The position numbers and the translations under genes were made by a program. Positions 47,140 to 57,516 of a DNA stretch of 64,000 bases are shown here, in pieces. How positions within the stretch are numbered: the stretch's first letter is position 1; each line of letters opens with the position of its first letter. The notes under the pieces were generated by a model. It had not been told where the DNA came from and ran no database searches. It saw nothing but the letters and a program-made list of their open reading frames with translations. The DNA comes from Anaerolineales bacterium (GTDB lineage: Bacteria > Chloroflexota > Anaerolineae > Anaerolineales > E44-bin32): NCBI GenBank assembly GCA_034430895.1, contig DAOUDW010000038.1:2982-66981 (forward strand), written 5' to 3'.

Positions 47140-49209
47140 TCATGGTAGAACCTGAAATTGGTAGTACGCAGGTTGCCAGGTATAGCGTGCAGTGGCGATG
47201 ACAATCAAAATCGCTTCGTCGTATTCTTCTCCGAGCGAGAACTTAAATTGGACAGATTGGTCCTCATCCAGTGTCAGCTCACGGATGCGCGTCTCACGCC
47301 CTGCTTCGATCAATACAAGTCGATACGTCTGAGGCAGTTGATTGTAGAGACGCACGAAACCAGATGCATCCCAACCTCCATCCCCGGATTCAAAATCCGT
47401 TTGATAATCAACCGCCTCGATGGAAAGATCGTCCAACAGCAACCCTTCTCCGTTAACCGCCATGTCGGTGATGTATTCAAAACGCAGCAAGATCTCTTGT
47501 CCAGAAAACGCAGAAAGATCGACGCTTTCCCGGATCCACGCAGGGATTTTCTCACCACCACTGTAACCGGTGTATCCCAATCCGTACGAGTTACCTGTAG
47601 GATTGGTGTCCGTTCCGGACGGCGTGCTAACAAATTGCCAGGTCTCTCCACCATCCTCAGACGCCAGTAAATACAAGTAATCCCAATCCCATTCGATGTC
47701 GTACCAGACCCAATAATCGAAGGTAATATCCCCACTCACGTCCGTGAAATCAAACGCACGCGTCAACGTCATATCGGATGTATCCCCTCGATTCGACCAG
47801 AAGGCAAAATCACCTGAGTGAGGGACTTCGGGAACGATTTGAACGCTCTGCAGTCCCTCGAACTCTACCGTGTAGGTCCCCGTACAGGCAAATTGAATGT
47901 AATCAATGCCGTATTGATTGACAGTCTGAGTCTGCTCGTCGAACGGGCATTCGAAGAAGGAAGTAGCCGCCTGGGGCTTGGGTGGATCAAACGAGTGGAA
48001 GCTGAATTTGCCATCCGAAAGGTCCGGATCGTTCAACCACATTGCAGTAGCCCAGTCCGCGGACACATCATCAACGCCAATTGGCTCGCTGGTTTGTGGA
48101 TCGGAGGCGTTAATGGATTGCAGGACTTGATCGATCGAATCCAATCCATTGGCAGGATGCGCGATCACCGCCTGCGTTGTTTCTTTTCCAAAACGATCAA
48201 TGAAGTAGGTAACGAACAGAAAGGCCTGACCGTAGTGTGCGGTACTATCATCTCCGCTCGGCCAATATTCGAGCGTCTTATCAGTATTGCTTGCGAAGGT
48301 GTACTCGGCCCCACCTGTGCTGTAGCCATTCAACAGCATGGCATACTCTGAGAATCCTTCGTTCAACCAGGCGCTCTCATTGCTGTCCCGATACCAGTGG
48401 ATCATGTGCTGGAATTCGTGTGCCAGTACACCATAAGTGAACTCTTTCCATAGATGGACGTTGTCGGCGCTGATGTAAAAAATCTCGTGGGCATTTGAAT
48501 AGGGATGGACCAGGGGTGAATATTCATCAATCGAGCCATACAGTCCAGCGATACCGTAACCCAGACCACGTGCATAAAGAATGTAAATATGGACATCTCC
48601 GTCCACGCCTGGAGACCACTCCTCGCCGAAGAATTCGCGATCCGTCGGGTAAATCTCATTTTCAAACGTGTCCACGAGTTCTACAGTATCTTCATAGTCA
48701 TAATCAACACCTTCTTCAACCCAAAAGTAAGCGTGATCGGTGGCGTATGCCATTTCAGCCGTGATCTCGTAACTCTCCCCATTGTTGTTGTCCGTGATCC
48801 AGAAGGTTTCCGTCGCGCCCACCCTGATCGGTCTGGCCGCTTCGCTGAGGACATGCGGGATGTTGATGACACCTCGAAACCGTTCCGCAAGAGATCGCGG
48901 ATCGCTTTCCGGCACGATCGTCTCAGCCAAACTGTCTCGCATTTCCCACGCCAGGTCCATGTCGATATCGGCTTGCATCAAGGTCTCATACATTTTCGAT
49001 AACGACATTTCAGCGGACTTGTAACCCGCTTCGTTCGGTCGATCCGTCGCCGTGCTTTGCGTCACCAGATCAGAAGATAAAACCGCATCAAAGGCATCAT
49101 CAATAAACGAGAAAACGAAAATACTGACAGCGATGCAGAGACAAACTGTCAGTGTCGCGACCAGGCCAATGGAGAACCAAATCGCCTTTTTTTGCTCATC
49201 CGTTGACAT
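47140..49209 (-). CDS. large membrane-anchored gluzincin metallopeptidase (HEFQH ... WLNEGFSEY)
   Basis: N-terminal TM helix, then HEFQHMIHW followed by WLNEGFSEYA. C-terminal beta-rich domains. The exact MEROPS family is not assignable by eye. Confidence 0.7.
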   Translation of the reverse strand: MSTDEQKKAIWFSIGLVATLTVCLCIAVSIFVFSFIDDAFDAVLSSDLVTQSTATDRPNEAGYKSAEMSLSKMYETLMQADIDMDLAWEMRDSLAETIVPESDPRSLAERFRGVINIPHVLSEAARPIRVGATETFWITDNNNGESYEITAEMAYATDHAYFWVEEGVDYDYEDTVELVDTFENEIYPTDREFFGEEWSPGVDGDVHIYILYARGLGYGIAGLYGSIDEYSPLVHPYSNAHEIFYISADNVHLWKEFTYGVLAHEFQHMIHWYRDSNESAWLNEGFSEYAMLLNGYSTGGAEYTFASNTDKTLEYWPSGDDSTAHYGQAFLFVTYFIDRFGKETTQAVIAHPANGLDSIDQVLQSINASDPQTSEPIGVDDVSADWATAMWLNDPDLSDGKFSFHSFDPPKPQAATSFFECPFDEQTQTVNQYGIDYIQFACTGTYTVEFEGLQSVQIVPEVPHSGDFAFWSNRGDTSDMTLTRAFDFTDVSGDITFDYWVWYDIEWDWDYLYLLASEDGGETWQFVSTPSGTDTNPTGNSYGLGYTGYSGGEKIPAWIRESVDLSAFSGQEILLRFEYITDMAVNGEGLLLDDLSIEAVDYQTDFESGDGGWDASGFVRLYNQLPQTYRLVLIEAGRETRIRELTLDEDQSVQFKFSLGEEYDEAILIVIATARYTWQPAYYQFQVLP

Positions 49210-49249
49210 CAACATACTCCCCAAGCTTGGTATTCAGGATTATATCGGA

Positions 49250-50689
49250 TTATCGCAGCTGGCGACGGGCGAGGGTTTTGTCATCCGAACGAGCGATCGG
49301 AAGCTGGACGGTAAAGCGGCTGCCCCGGCCTGGCGAACTCTGCGCAACGAGTCGGCCGCCGTGCATCTGCACGATCTCGCGCGAAATCGCCAGGCCCAGC
49401 CCCGCGCCGCGCTTCTTTCCTGCCGAGCGTGCCTTCTCCAACTGATAAAAACGCTCAAAAATGCGGGAGAGTTCCTCTGACGGGATCCCTGCGCCCTGGT
49501 CATCGACATGAATCGATACCCAACCGTTCTCCTGATCTGCACAGATCGTCACTTCACCGCCTACTGGTGAATGGGTGATGGCATTGTCAATCAGATTGGT
49601 AAACACCTGCGCCAGCCGATCGCCGTCTCCGATAATGGTCGGCAGCGTCGGCAATTCATTCGACAATTCAACATTACCTTCCAGCGCACGGATTTCCAGC
49701 CGGTTCAGTATGCTCTCAATGAGCTCCACCAGCTGCACCGCTTCGCGATTGAAATCCACCTGCCGCGCATCGAGCCGTGCCAGATCCAGCAGATCTTCGA
49801 CCAAACGCCGCAGGCGATCAGATTCATCGAAAATCACCTGCGCCGCATGCTCGATGTTTGCACGGTCTTCCGCCGTCCCGTCCAATATGGCCTGTGCAAA
49901 TCCCTGAATCGAAGTCAGCGGCGTTTTCAATTCGTGGGATACATTGGCCACGAAATCCCGCTGCGCTCGCCGACTGAGCTGGACGCGTTGGACCATGTCG
50001 TTGAAGGCAACCGCCATGCTCTCCGCTTCGATCGGTCCGAGGGGTTCGATGCGCTGCTCGTAATCGCCCGCAGCAACTGCGCGGGCCGCTCCGGCCGCTT
50101 TACTCCACGGTGCAGCGACCCAGCGGGCGACCAACCAGGCGAGCAGCGCCGAGACAATCAAGGCCAGAATCCCCGTACGCAGGAGCGGCCGGATCAATTC
50201 ATCCCCCCATGTTGAAAACCGCCGCAGCGTGGTTGAAGGTGTGGCCATGATAACCCAACGATTGTTGGGAATACGGGCAGAAACGAAGATCCACGAGCCG
50301 GAAAGCAGGCCCCCGAATCTGCCCTGCTCTGTTGAATCACTCGCAATAATCAGCTCACGCACATCTTCCGGCATGGTTAGTGCTTCCGGGCGGCTGTCGG
50401 CAACAGCGTTTCCCGCATCGTCGAGGATCAAGAGCCGAACGTCAGCTTGTTCATCAATACGCTGTAGAAAAGCGGTCAAGCGATCAGAGGACAGATCCGC
50501 CAGCACATTTCGCTCCCGCAGTTCGAATGCGCTGCGAAAGACGTTCAATCGGCGGTATTCCAGACGTTCGAGATTATTGAACGTAACGTAAACCAAACTC
50601 AAAATCACCGGGGTCACGATCACCCCGGCGAACATTAAAAAGGTAAGAAACAAACGGGAACGCAGGGATCGAAGCACGCAACTACTCAC
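49250..50689 (-). CDS. sensor histidine kinase (TM-sensor-TM, HAMP, HisKA, HATPase_c)
   Basis: H-box SHELKTPLTSI, N-box NLIDNAITHS, DDQGAGI and GAGLGLAISREIV. Confidence 0.9.
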   Translation of the reverse strand: MSSCVLRSLRSRLFLTFLMFAGVIVTPVILSLVYVTFNNLERLEYRRLNVFRSAFELRERNVLADLSSDRLTAFLQRIDEQADVRLLILDDAGNAVADSRPEALTMPEDVRELIIASDSTEQGRFGGLLSGSWIFVSARIPNNRWVIMATPSTTLRRFSTWGDELIRPLLRTGILALIVSALLAWLVARWVAAPWSKAAGAARAVAAGDYEQRIEPLGPIEAESMAVAFNDMVQRVQLSRRAQRDFVANVSHELKTPLTSIQGFAQAILDGTAEDRANIEHAAQVIFDESDRLRRLVEDLLDLARLDARQVDFNREAVQLVELIESILNRLEIRALEGNVELSNELPTLPTIIGDGDRLAQVFTNLIDNAITHSPVGGEVTICADQENGWVSIHVDDQGAGIPSEELSRIFERFYQLEKARSAGKKRGAGLGLAISREIVQMHGGRLVAQSSPGRGSRFTVQLPIARSDDKTLARRQLR

Positions 50690-51365
50690 ACACCAATTTG
50701 TAGCCCACGCCCGTCACCGTCTCAATGCGTACGTTCTTGCTGTTCGACAACCGTTTGCGCAGGTTGGCAACGTGCACATCCACGGTGCGCGTTTGGCCGT
50801 AGAAGTCGAAGCCCCACACCAATTCCAGCAGTTGCTCGCGTGTGAGTACGATACTGCGGTGCTCACAGAAAGTCAGCAGCAGATCGAATTCCTTCGTACG
50901 CAGATTGACCATTTCCCCGTCAACGCGAACCTCCCGACTGGCCGGATCGATGGACAAGTCGCCAAGATCCAGGGGAGTTGTATCTTCACGCGGAGTTCGC
51001 TCCATGCGGCGCAGGATCGTCTTCACGCGTGCCACCAGTTCGCGCGGGTTGAAGGGTTTGGTCATGTAATCGTCGGCGCCCAGCTCCAGACCGACGATCT
51101 TGTCCACGTCATCGTCGCGGGCGGTGAGCATGATAATGGGCACTTCCGATTCCGCCCGCACGCGCTGGCAGACTTCGAATCCGTCAATCTCGGGCAGCAT
51201 AATGTCCAGGACGATCAGATCGGGTTTCTGCTGCTTGATTTCCTGCAACGCTTGTACGCCGTCGCTCGCCTCACAGACCTGGAACCCATCGCGTTCTAAA
51301 TACATGCGTGCCAGATCGACAATGTTGGCTTCGTCGTCGACGACCAGGATCTTCTCACCTGCCAT
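50682..51365 (-). CDS. OmpR-family DNA-binding response regulator
   Basis: ILVVDDE, LIVLDIMLPEIDG, MTKPF, and a winged-helix C-terminus with GVGYKL. Overlaps the kinase start. Confidence 0.93.
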   Translation of the reverse strand: MAGEKILVVDDEANIVDLARMYLERDGFQVCEASDGVQALQEIKQQKPDLIVLDIMLPEIDGFEVCQRVRAESEVPIIMLTARDDDVDKIVGLELGADDYMTKPFNPRELVARVKTILRRMERTPREDTTPLDLGDLSIDPASREVRVDGEMVNLRTKEFDLLLTFCEHRSIVLTREQLLELVWGFDFYGQTRTVDVHVANLRKRLSNSKNVRIETVTGVGYKLVCE

Positions 51366-51514
51366 CGGGTTCACTCCATGGATGAAGTAGGAACAGCTTT
51401 CCGTGTAGCATACTATTCCCCCTGCGGAAACGAAAGGTTACATTATCACCAATTCGAAGGATTGGATTGCGGGCTGATTTCCCTGAGCTCTCATACAAGC
51501 GTGAGTCGAATCCA

Positions 51515-54208
51515 TTATCTACTCTCCTCTACGACCCGTGCATCGAGTTTTTCAGAATCCTCGCCCACACGATAGCGGATGCGTATCGATGCCGTGCCCG
51601 ATATCGCCGTAGTGTCGTAGTAGAAGATGTTCCAATCATCCAACGTGATCTGCTTGTAAGGCATGTATTTAAAGACCTCTTCGATTTCCATTCCTATTGG
51701 AACAGCGACAGCAATTACTTCTTGATCATAGGATTTGGGTTCAATACCAAGCGTTATGAGCCGTAAATCATCACTCTGAATCCGGAGGTGCGGTAAATGA
51801 TCGAAGTACATATCGTAGCCAAAACGTCGCGAATTTGTCTCGACGAAGTAATTCGTTCTGAGATACTCATCTTCTTCATAAGTGTATTCATCCATTATGT
51901 TACTTCCAATCCACTCAACCGAAAGTATTGTGTCCTCCGGCCGTAGAAGTTGACCAAATATATTGGTTATCATGAGATTCTCCCAATCTGCGAGCGTTTT
52001 GACCTCGACAACACGGACAGTATCATCACTATGGAACTCCCATAAGACAAACCGGCGTGTTTCCAGATCGGATGAGCGTGGCTTTCCTTCAATTTCTATA
52101 TTATCTAGTCTGTCGGCGGTAGGCTGCATCTTAATGTCCATTAACCGCCAATTCTTGCCACAATATGTTGTATCTACCAGGGAGGTTATGCCGCCTCGCA
52201 TAGCGATAGCCCAGCCTCGCCATGGATTGATAAAACTAAATTGTCCATCCCAAGACACGATGTTCATATTCTGCCAGGTTACCCCGCCATCTTCAGTACG
52301 CCACATTTCTCGACTTAGCAGCAAGCCATGATATTCATCGAAGAACAATAATCTCGTCTTTATCTCATGGATTTGAAACGGTACCGTCGGTAGCGTATGT
52401 GTATGCCATGTGATACCGCCATCTTCAGTGGCATACAAGAATTCAATGGACCTTGGATCTTCAAAGTTCGGATCATCAAAACAAGATACTTTCAATCGTG
52501 CCACCTCTTCGGAAAGCAGATTAAGTTGCGATGGCAGACAATAACTCCATTGAGTAAACAGTTCCGGGGATTGTGTTGGGGGAGATAACTCGTGTGTGTG
52601 CCACGTGAAGCCACCATCCGAGGTTACATAAAACCCTGGCGCCGTCCTTTCAACAGACCAATCCAATAGCCAGCCGGTTTGTTCATCGACAAAGACTATG
52701 TCCTGTGAATAGCGTTGGATTTCAGGATTAGTTCCACACGAGTCCGCCGAATCACACCAGGTTGGAATGACTGGATTCCAGTTTAACCCCCCATCAATGG
52801 TGCGGAAGTAGTTAACAGCTACAGGATCTTCGCCGTTGCGTTCGAATATTCTCAGCCAACCTGTTTTTGTATCGATCATGTTGAACGAGGCTTCACAAAC
52901 CAATCCAGAAGGCATTATTTCCAAAGGTTGGCTGGTTTTCCAGTTTTGACCACCATCCGTTGTAAAGAGAACCGATGTATCGGAGGAGATGCCACAAGAA
53001 GGGTCTCCATCTCCTATTGTCGTATAAACCACCCAAGCATGGTCTGCATCGAGAAAGCCTGCAGTCACTCGATAGCTAGTATCTCCACGGTATTCTGGAA
53101 GCGGCGTAACATCATGCCACGTTTTACCACCATCCTGAGTAGTAAATATGGTTGCGTTGTTTAGTCCCCATCCGTCGACTGCGTCAATCATGTTGATGAA
53201 GGTTAGCTTAAAACCCCGCGCAGAAGAATGAGCCGAATATGCACAACGAAATCCCAATTCCGTTGAGTGGTCGTATGGATCTCCCATGAAGCGATCTGCA
53301 GCACCAATCGGCCAATGCGCAAGCCTGCTGTACGATCCCCCGCGGAATACGCGGAAATCGCCAGATGATGGTCCAAGTGGATTCTCCGCAGGCGACACAA
53401 TATAGTAATTATCGTTATACCTATCTGCCACCCACTCCTCAACGTTACCGAGCATGTCCAGCACTCCGTACGGACTGGCGCCCTCGGGAAAGCTTCCTGC
53501 GGGTGACGTGCCCTCATAGCCATCGCAGGAGGATGTGCTGCATGTGGCGGGATCATCATACGTGTTCGCCAGACTACTTGTGAAAACATCCCCCCAAGGA
53601 TAGAGCCTGCCATCTTCCCCGCTCGCCGCCTTCTCCCACTCCGCCTCCGTAGGCAGACGACGTCCTGCCCATCCACAGTAGGCCTGAGCACCATACCATG
53701 TCACTCCGCTAACTGGGTGACTACTATAGTTGCTCTCCGAGTGCCACTCACCTTCCGAATATACAAGTTTTGAATTCTCTGTAGATAGGCAATCTTCACC
53801 CCCCTCACACTGGTTGCCATACGAATTTAGAAATGCGGCATACATCTCATTGGTAATTTCAGTTCGATCTATCCAGTATTCATCCAGATAAACATCATGC
53901 TGGGGCTGCTCGGTAGAGAACGTTAACCCATCACACGCTGAACCGCATTGGTGCAGAATCTGGTCTATATCCTCTTCGGAAAGCCCCATCAGGAATGCGC
54001 CCTCCGGAACGTAAACCAACTCCATCCCATCGATCTCCGATATTGCGGTCTCGCCGGACTCAAAATTCCGAGCGTTCGATAAATCAAACGGAAGCATCAC
54101 TGAAACACTGGTTTGCTCTCCTGACTGAGTAGCCTGAGATGGGCCACACCCCACAAGGCTCGCTCCCATCAAAAGCAACATGAGAAGGTTACTCTCCCTG
54201 GAATTCAT
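51515..54208 (-). CDS. lipoprotein fusing an FGE-sulfatase (SUMF1-like) domain, a BNR/Asp-box beta-propeller and an unknown C-terminal domain
   Basis: Lipobox LVGCG. FGE motifs HPVSGVTWYGAQAYCGWAGRRLPTEAEWEKAA, GNVEEWV and RGGSY. Six Asp-boxes (TQDGGKTW, TTDGGQNW, TIDGGLNW, TSDGGFTW, TEDGGITW, TEDGGVTW). Confidence 0.75.
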   Translation of the reverse strand: MNSRESNLLMLLLMGASLVGCGPSQATQSGEQTSVSVMLPFDLSNARNFESGETAISEIDGMELVYVPEGAFLMGLSEEDIDQILHQCGSACDGLTFSTEQPQHDVYLDEYWIDRTEITNEMYAAFLNSYGNQCEGGEDCLSTENSKLVYSEGEWHSESNYSSHPVSGVTWYGAQAYCGWAGRRLPTEAEWEKAASGEDGRLYPWGDVFTSSLANTYDDPATCSTSSCDGYEGTSPAGSFPEGASPYGVLDMLGNVEEWVADRYNDNYYIVSPAENPLGPSSGDFRVFRGGSYSRLAHWPIGAADRFMGDPYDHSTELGFRCAYSAHSSARGFKLTFINMIDAVDGWGLNNATIFTTQDGGKTWHDVTPLPEYRGDTSYRVTAGFLDADHAWVVYTTIGDGDPSCGISSDTSVLFTTDGGQNWKTSQPLEIMPSGLVCEASFNMIDTKTGWLRIFERNGEDPVAVNYFRTIDGGLNWNPVIPTWCDSADSCGTNPEIQRYSQDIVFVDEQTGWLLDWSVERTAPGFYVTSDGGFTWHTHELSPPTQSPELFTQWSYCLPSQLNLLSEEVARLKVSCFDDPNFEDPRSIEFLYATEDGGITWHTHTLPTVPFQIHEIKTRLLFFDEYHGLLLSREMWRTEDGGVTWQNMNIVSWDGQFSFINPWRGWAIAMRGGITSLVDTTYCGKNWRLMDIKMQPTADRLDNIEIEGKPRSSDLETRRFVLWEFHSDDTVRVVEVKTLADWENLMITNIFGQLLRPEDTILSVEWIGSNIMDEYTYEEDEYLRTNYFVETNSRRFGYDMYFDHLPHLRIQSDDLRLITLGIEPKSYDQEVIAVAVPIGMEIEEVFKYMPYKQITLDDWNIFYYDTTAISGTASIRIRYRVGEDSEKLDARVVEESR

Positions 54209-54279
54209 GATGTTCCCTCCTTGGAAGAAAGCGGATCTTGCTTTGAATATCACATCCCGGGGTTACCGGACAAATCCCA

Positions 54280-55809
54280 TTATTCAGCCGAAACCTCGAC
54301 CTCAAGCGGAAAGTATGCATCCTGATAGGCAATTTGCGGATTCTGATCTTCGACGTTCGGATCGGTCAACAATTGCAGGTCTGATCCATCCAGCAAGACG
54401 GCAAAGATCGAGAAATACGGCGTTCGTCCCGATTCGAAGTACAGCGTCTGGCTGTTCGGTCCCCACACCGGCCGCCAATCCAGATTGGGGTTGGCGGCAA
54501 TAGGAATCGGATTCCCGCCTCGAACGAGGTCATACAGAAAGATATCCTGAGAATAATTCCCGCTGGCTTCATCCAACGCCGGAATCGAGGCAAAGGCAAG
54601 CCACCGCAAATTGGGGGATATGGCCGGATGGGTGCCCGCCAGTCGCTCGCCTGCAAGGTGTGCAGCGTCACACGGCTCTTGATTCACAGTCTCTAGACAA
54701 GCGTCAACATCCAGCCGATACAGCGCGCCTTTGTTCTCGAAGATCAGTTCCTGCATCGATTCGCCAGGAACCCAGGATGGATATCTCCCCGGAGCGAGTT
54801 GGATGGGCGCTGCGGACAGGTTCTCATAATCCAACAGAGTTATAAACCAGCGCTGCGCTTCAGCCTCCCGATCCATGGCTGCATAGGCGATATAACGACA
54901 ATCCGCGGACCAGACCGGCTTGTCATACACAACCTCTGCCTCGTCGATGAGCGCCTGCATATTCTGACCGTCGCTATCCATGACCCATATCGCCCAATTG
55001 GGGTCCTCTTCCACATGGTAACCACGGATTTGGACGAAGGCAATTTTCTGGTTGCCCGGGCAAAGTGCCGGCTGCACCTCGGCGACGGCCGTGTTCGTCA
55101 ACCGCCTGTAATCCATTTCATCTGGATCGGCCAAAGATATGGAGACAATGTCCATGCTCTTGACGCCATCGTGCAGGTAAATCGTGTTGTATAGCAGACG
55201 ATTTTCCTGGACGTGGACATACGCCTGCCGTTCTACGCTGATCACATCTTTGAGAACGAACACTCCGTCAGGCAGATCGGAGAACGTAAAACCTTGTTTC
55301 TTCCCTGCGCTCAATTCTCCCCTGGCGTCCTCACTGGCGGTAAACGCTAAAAGGACATTGTATTTTTCTGGCGCAGCGAGGGATTCGTCATCCCCAAATA
55401 GAACCGGGATGGACCACTCCCCTGCCGTATTGGGGACTGAATAATACGCTACAGCCGGGAACACTAGCTCTCCTGCGGACAGCGGTTGAAGCAGGACGTG
55501 AATGGTTGTGATCTCCGGCTCGAGAGCCGCATAGGTCCCTCGCAACGTCATGCGCGGCAGGACAAGGTCCGAGTCGGCGAGATTATTAACTTCGATCGTC
55601 ACGCCGTCCAAAGGATCCATCGCTGGAGCGGTTAACGTATCTTTGGGCACGACATCGCTTGTCTCTTCGACCGAGTGCGTAGATACCCCTACCTGCGCAT
55701 CGGTGGTTTGTGCAACCACGCCATCCGTCTCGGCCTGCGTGGAGTTACAAGCAACGAGGAGCAGACTGATCAATAGAAGTACGAATAAGTTCGTGGTGTT
55801 GATCTTCAT
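54280..55809 (-). CDS. lipoprotein with TolB-like (PD40) beta-propeller C-terminal half
   Basis: Lipobox LLVACN. Repeats of the type WSADCRYIAYAA, ISPNLRWLAFAS and WGPNSQTLYFES. Confidence 0.6.
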   Translation of the reverse strand: MKINTTNLFVLLLISLLLVACNSTQAETDGVVAQTTDAQVGVSTHSVEETSDVVPKDTLTAPAMDPLDGVTIEVNNLADSDLVLPRMTLRGTYAALEPEITTIHVLLQPLSAGELVFPAVAYYSVPNTAGEWSIPVLFGDDESLAAPEKYNVLLAFTASEDARGELSAGKKQGFTFSDLPDGVFVLKDVISVERQAYVHVQENRLLYNTIYLHDGVKSMDIVSISLADPDEMDYRRLTNTAVAEVQPALCPGNQKIAFVQIRGYHVEEDPNWAIWVMDSDGQNMQALIDEAEVVYDKPVWSADCRYIAYAAMDREAEAQRWFITLLDYENLSAAPIQLAPGRYPSWVPGESMQELIFENKGALYRLDVDACLETVNQEPCDAAHLAGERLAGTHPAISPNLRWLAFASIPALDEASGNYSQDIFLYDLVRGGNPIPIAANPNLDWRPVWGPNSQTLYFESGRTPYFSIFAVLLDGSDLQLLTDPNVEDQNPQIAYQDAYFPLEVEVSAE

Positions 55810-55861
55810 TCTCCCCTCCGACTGGATGATTAAACACGGTTCTCCCAGGAACAACCTGAGT

Positions 55862-56782
55862 TCAAGGTTGCTCATCAGGCAGCGTTTCGAGGCCGATCAT
55901 CTGGGAGACCGTCACCAGGGTGTACCCACTGTCGCGCAGGTAGCGGATCATCTCCGGCAGTGCTTCGGCCGTATGCCAGCCGCGTCCATTGCCGTGCATC
56001 AGGATTATAGAGCCGTTTTGCACGCGCTCTCGAACGAGTCGGTTGATATTCTCGGCGTCATTGTCGGGCACCGGATCGGCAGTATCCGCATCCCACTGGA
56101 TCGTATAGAGACCGTGATAGGCTACGACGCTGAGCAGCATGGTGTTGTACAGGCCAGCGGGAGGTCGAAAGAGGCGCGATTGCCGGCCGGTAAGGCTGTA
56201 GAGTATGTTTTGAGTCTTGACGATCTCGCGGTGCATGTCGATCTCTTCCAGGTCGATCATGTCGGGATGACTCCAGGAGTGATTCCCGAGCTCGAATTGA
56301 GGATACTGCGCCAGCAGCTTCGTTTCCTCCGGATGCGTGCGCATCCAATCGCCGCCTAAAAAGAAGGTGGCTGGCGCATCCGCTTCCAACAGCGCCTCCA
56401 CAATATCGGCATCGAACCATGCCGGCAGCTTCGGTTTCTGGCACATGTCGAAGGTCAGGGCGATGTAGGGTTCGTCGCGATCGCCGTGGAAAATCAGATG
56501 TACGTCCGTATGGGGAAACGTGGGCGCCACTGAAGGGTATGGGGAAACCGTAGTTGTGATGGATGGCGAGACAATCGGCGAAGGCGTTTGCGTTGGCTTT
56601 CTCGTCGGCGTTACTGTGGAGCTCGCAATCGCAGTTGCTTCGACTGGCTGCGTGCTTGTCCTGGTTCTTGAAACAACCGTTCGCGTGGTTTGCCGACCAT
56701 GCGCAGTTACAGCAGGCTTACACGAAGTCAATATCGCAATCATGACTAAAACGATCGGGGCGAAAGCCGCTTTGATCTTCAT
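55862..56782 (-). CDS. polysaccharide deacetylase (NodB homology) lipoprotein
   Basis: Lipobox ILTSC, PT-rich linker, then LTFDM, ATFFLGG, GNHSWSHPD, FRPPAG and ILMHGN. Confidence 0.85.
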   Translation of the reverse strand: MKIKAAFAPIVLVMIAILTSCKPAVTAHGRQTTRTVVSRTRTSTQPVEATAIASSTVTPTRKPTQTPSPIVSPSITTTVSPYPSVAPTFPHTDVHLIFHGDRDEPYIALTFDMCQKPKLPAWFDADIVEALLEADAPATFFLGGDWMRTHPEETKLLAQYPQFELGNHSWSHPDMIDLEEIDMHREIVKTQNILYSLTGRQSRLFRPPAGLYNTMLLSVVAYHGLYTIQWDADTADPVPDNDAENINRLVRERVQNGSIILMHGNGRGWHTAEALPEMIRYLRDSGYTLVTVSQMIGLETLPDEQP

Positions 56783-56967
56783 CTACGGTACCTCCCATGG
56801 AGTCTTCAAGATCTCCCACCGAATATAGCACGCCATGGTTACCGGATAGTTACCGCAAAATCACCATTCCCTTCCCCAGAACCAGTTTACGGCAGCATAC
56901 TCCCCAAGCGATCCTGTAATCTCGAATAGGGAACCATGCCCGACAAATTCCCCCGCTAGCGGACCGA

Positions 56968-57372
56968 TCAGTCCCCCAGATACCCACCTACGACGGCGAT
57001 GGCTTCGATCTCGACCGCCGCGCCCTTGGGCAGGGCCGCCACCTGCACTGTCGAACGCGCCGGGGGCTCATTGGTGAAGAATTCCGCGTAGACGGCGTTC
57101 ATTTCGGCGAATTCCCCCATGTCCTGCAGGAAGACCGTGGTTTTAACCACATTCTGCAGCGAAGATCCACCCGCGTTGAGGATCCTGGCCAGATTGGTTA
57201 ATACCTGGCGTGTTTCAGCGGCAATTCCCCCAGGCACCATCTCCCCGCTCTCTGGGTCAACCCCCAATGTGCCGGAGACAAACACCATGTCGCCGGTTTT
57301 TATCCCCAAAGAATACGGGCCGATGGCCGCGGGCGCATCGTCCGCGATCAGCACATCACGTTTCATCATCAT
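56968..57372 (-). CDS. ridA: RidA family reactive-intermediate deaminase
   Basis: APAAIGPYS, VFVSGTLG, and the YjgF signature VKTTVFL...PARSTVQVAALPKGAAVEIE. The start is ambiguous among three consecutive ATGs. Confidence 0.9.
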   Translation of the reverse strand: MMMKRDVLIADDAPAAIGPYSLGIKTGDMVFVSGTLGVDPESGEMVPGGIAAETRQVLTNLARILNAGGSSLQNVVKTTVFLQDMGEFAEMNAVYAEFFTNEPPARSTVQVAALPKGAAVEIEAIAVVGGYLGD

Positions 57373-57436
57373 ACCTTCCACCTTCTGGATTTCGAATCTC
57401 ACAAGATTGTACGCCTGGACCGGACCAATTTCAACG

Positions 57437-57471
57437 AAAAAAGTAAGGGCGACCCGCCGGGTCGCCCTTAC
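57437..57471 (-). terminator. rho-independent terminator of leuS
   Basis: On the minus strand, GTAAGGGCGACCC-GGC-GGGTCGCCCTTAC followed by TTTTTT. Confidence 0.75.
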
Positions 57472-57516
57472 AGCTTGACGTTATGATGATGCGAGCTATT
57501 GTGACCAATTTATCGA

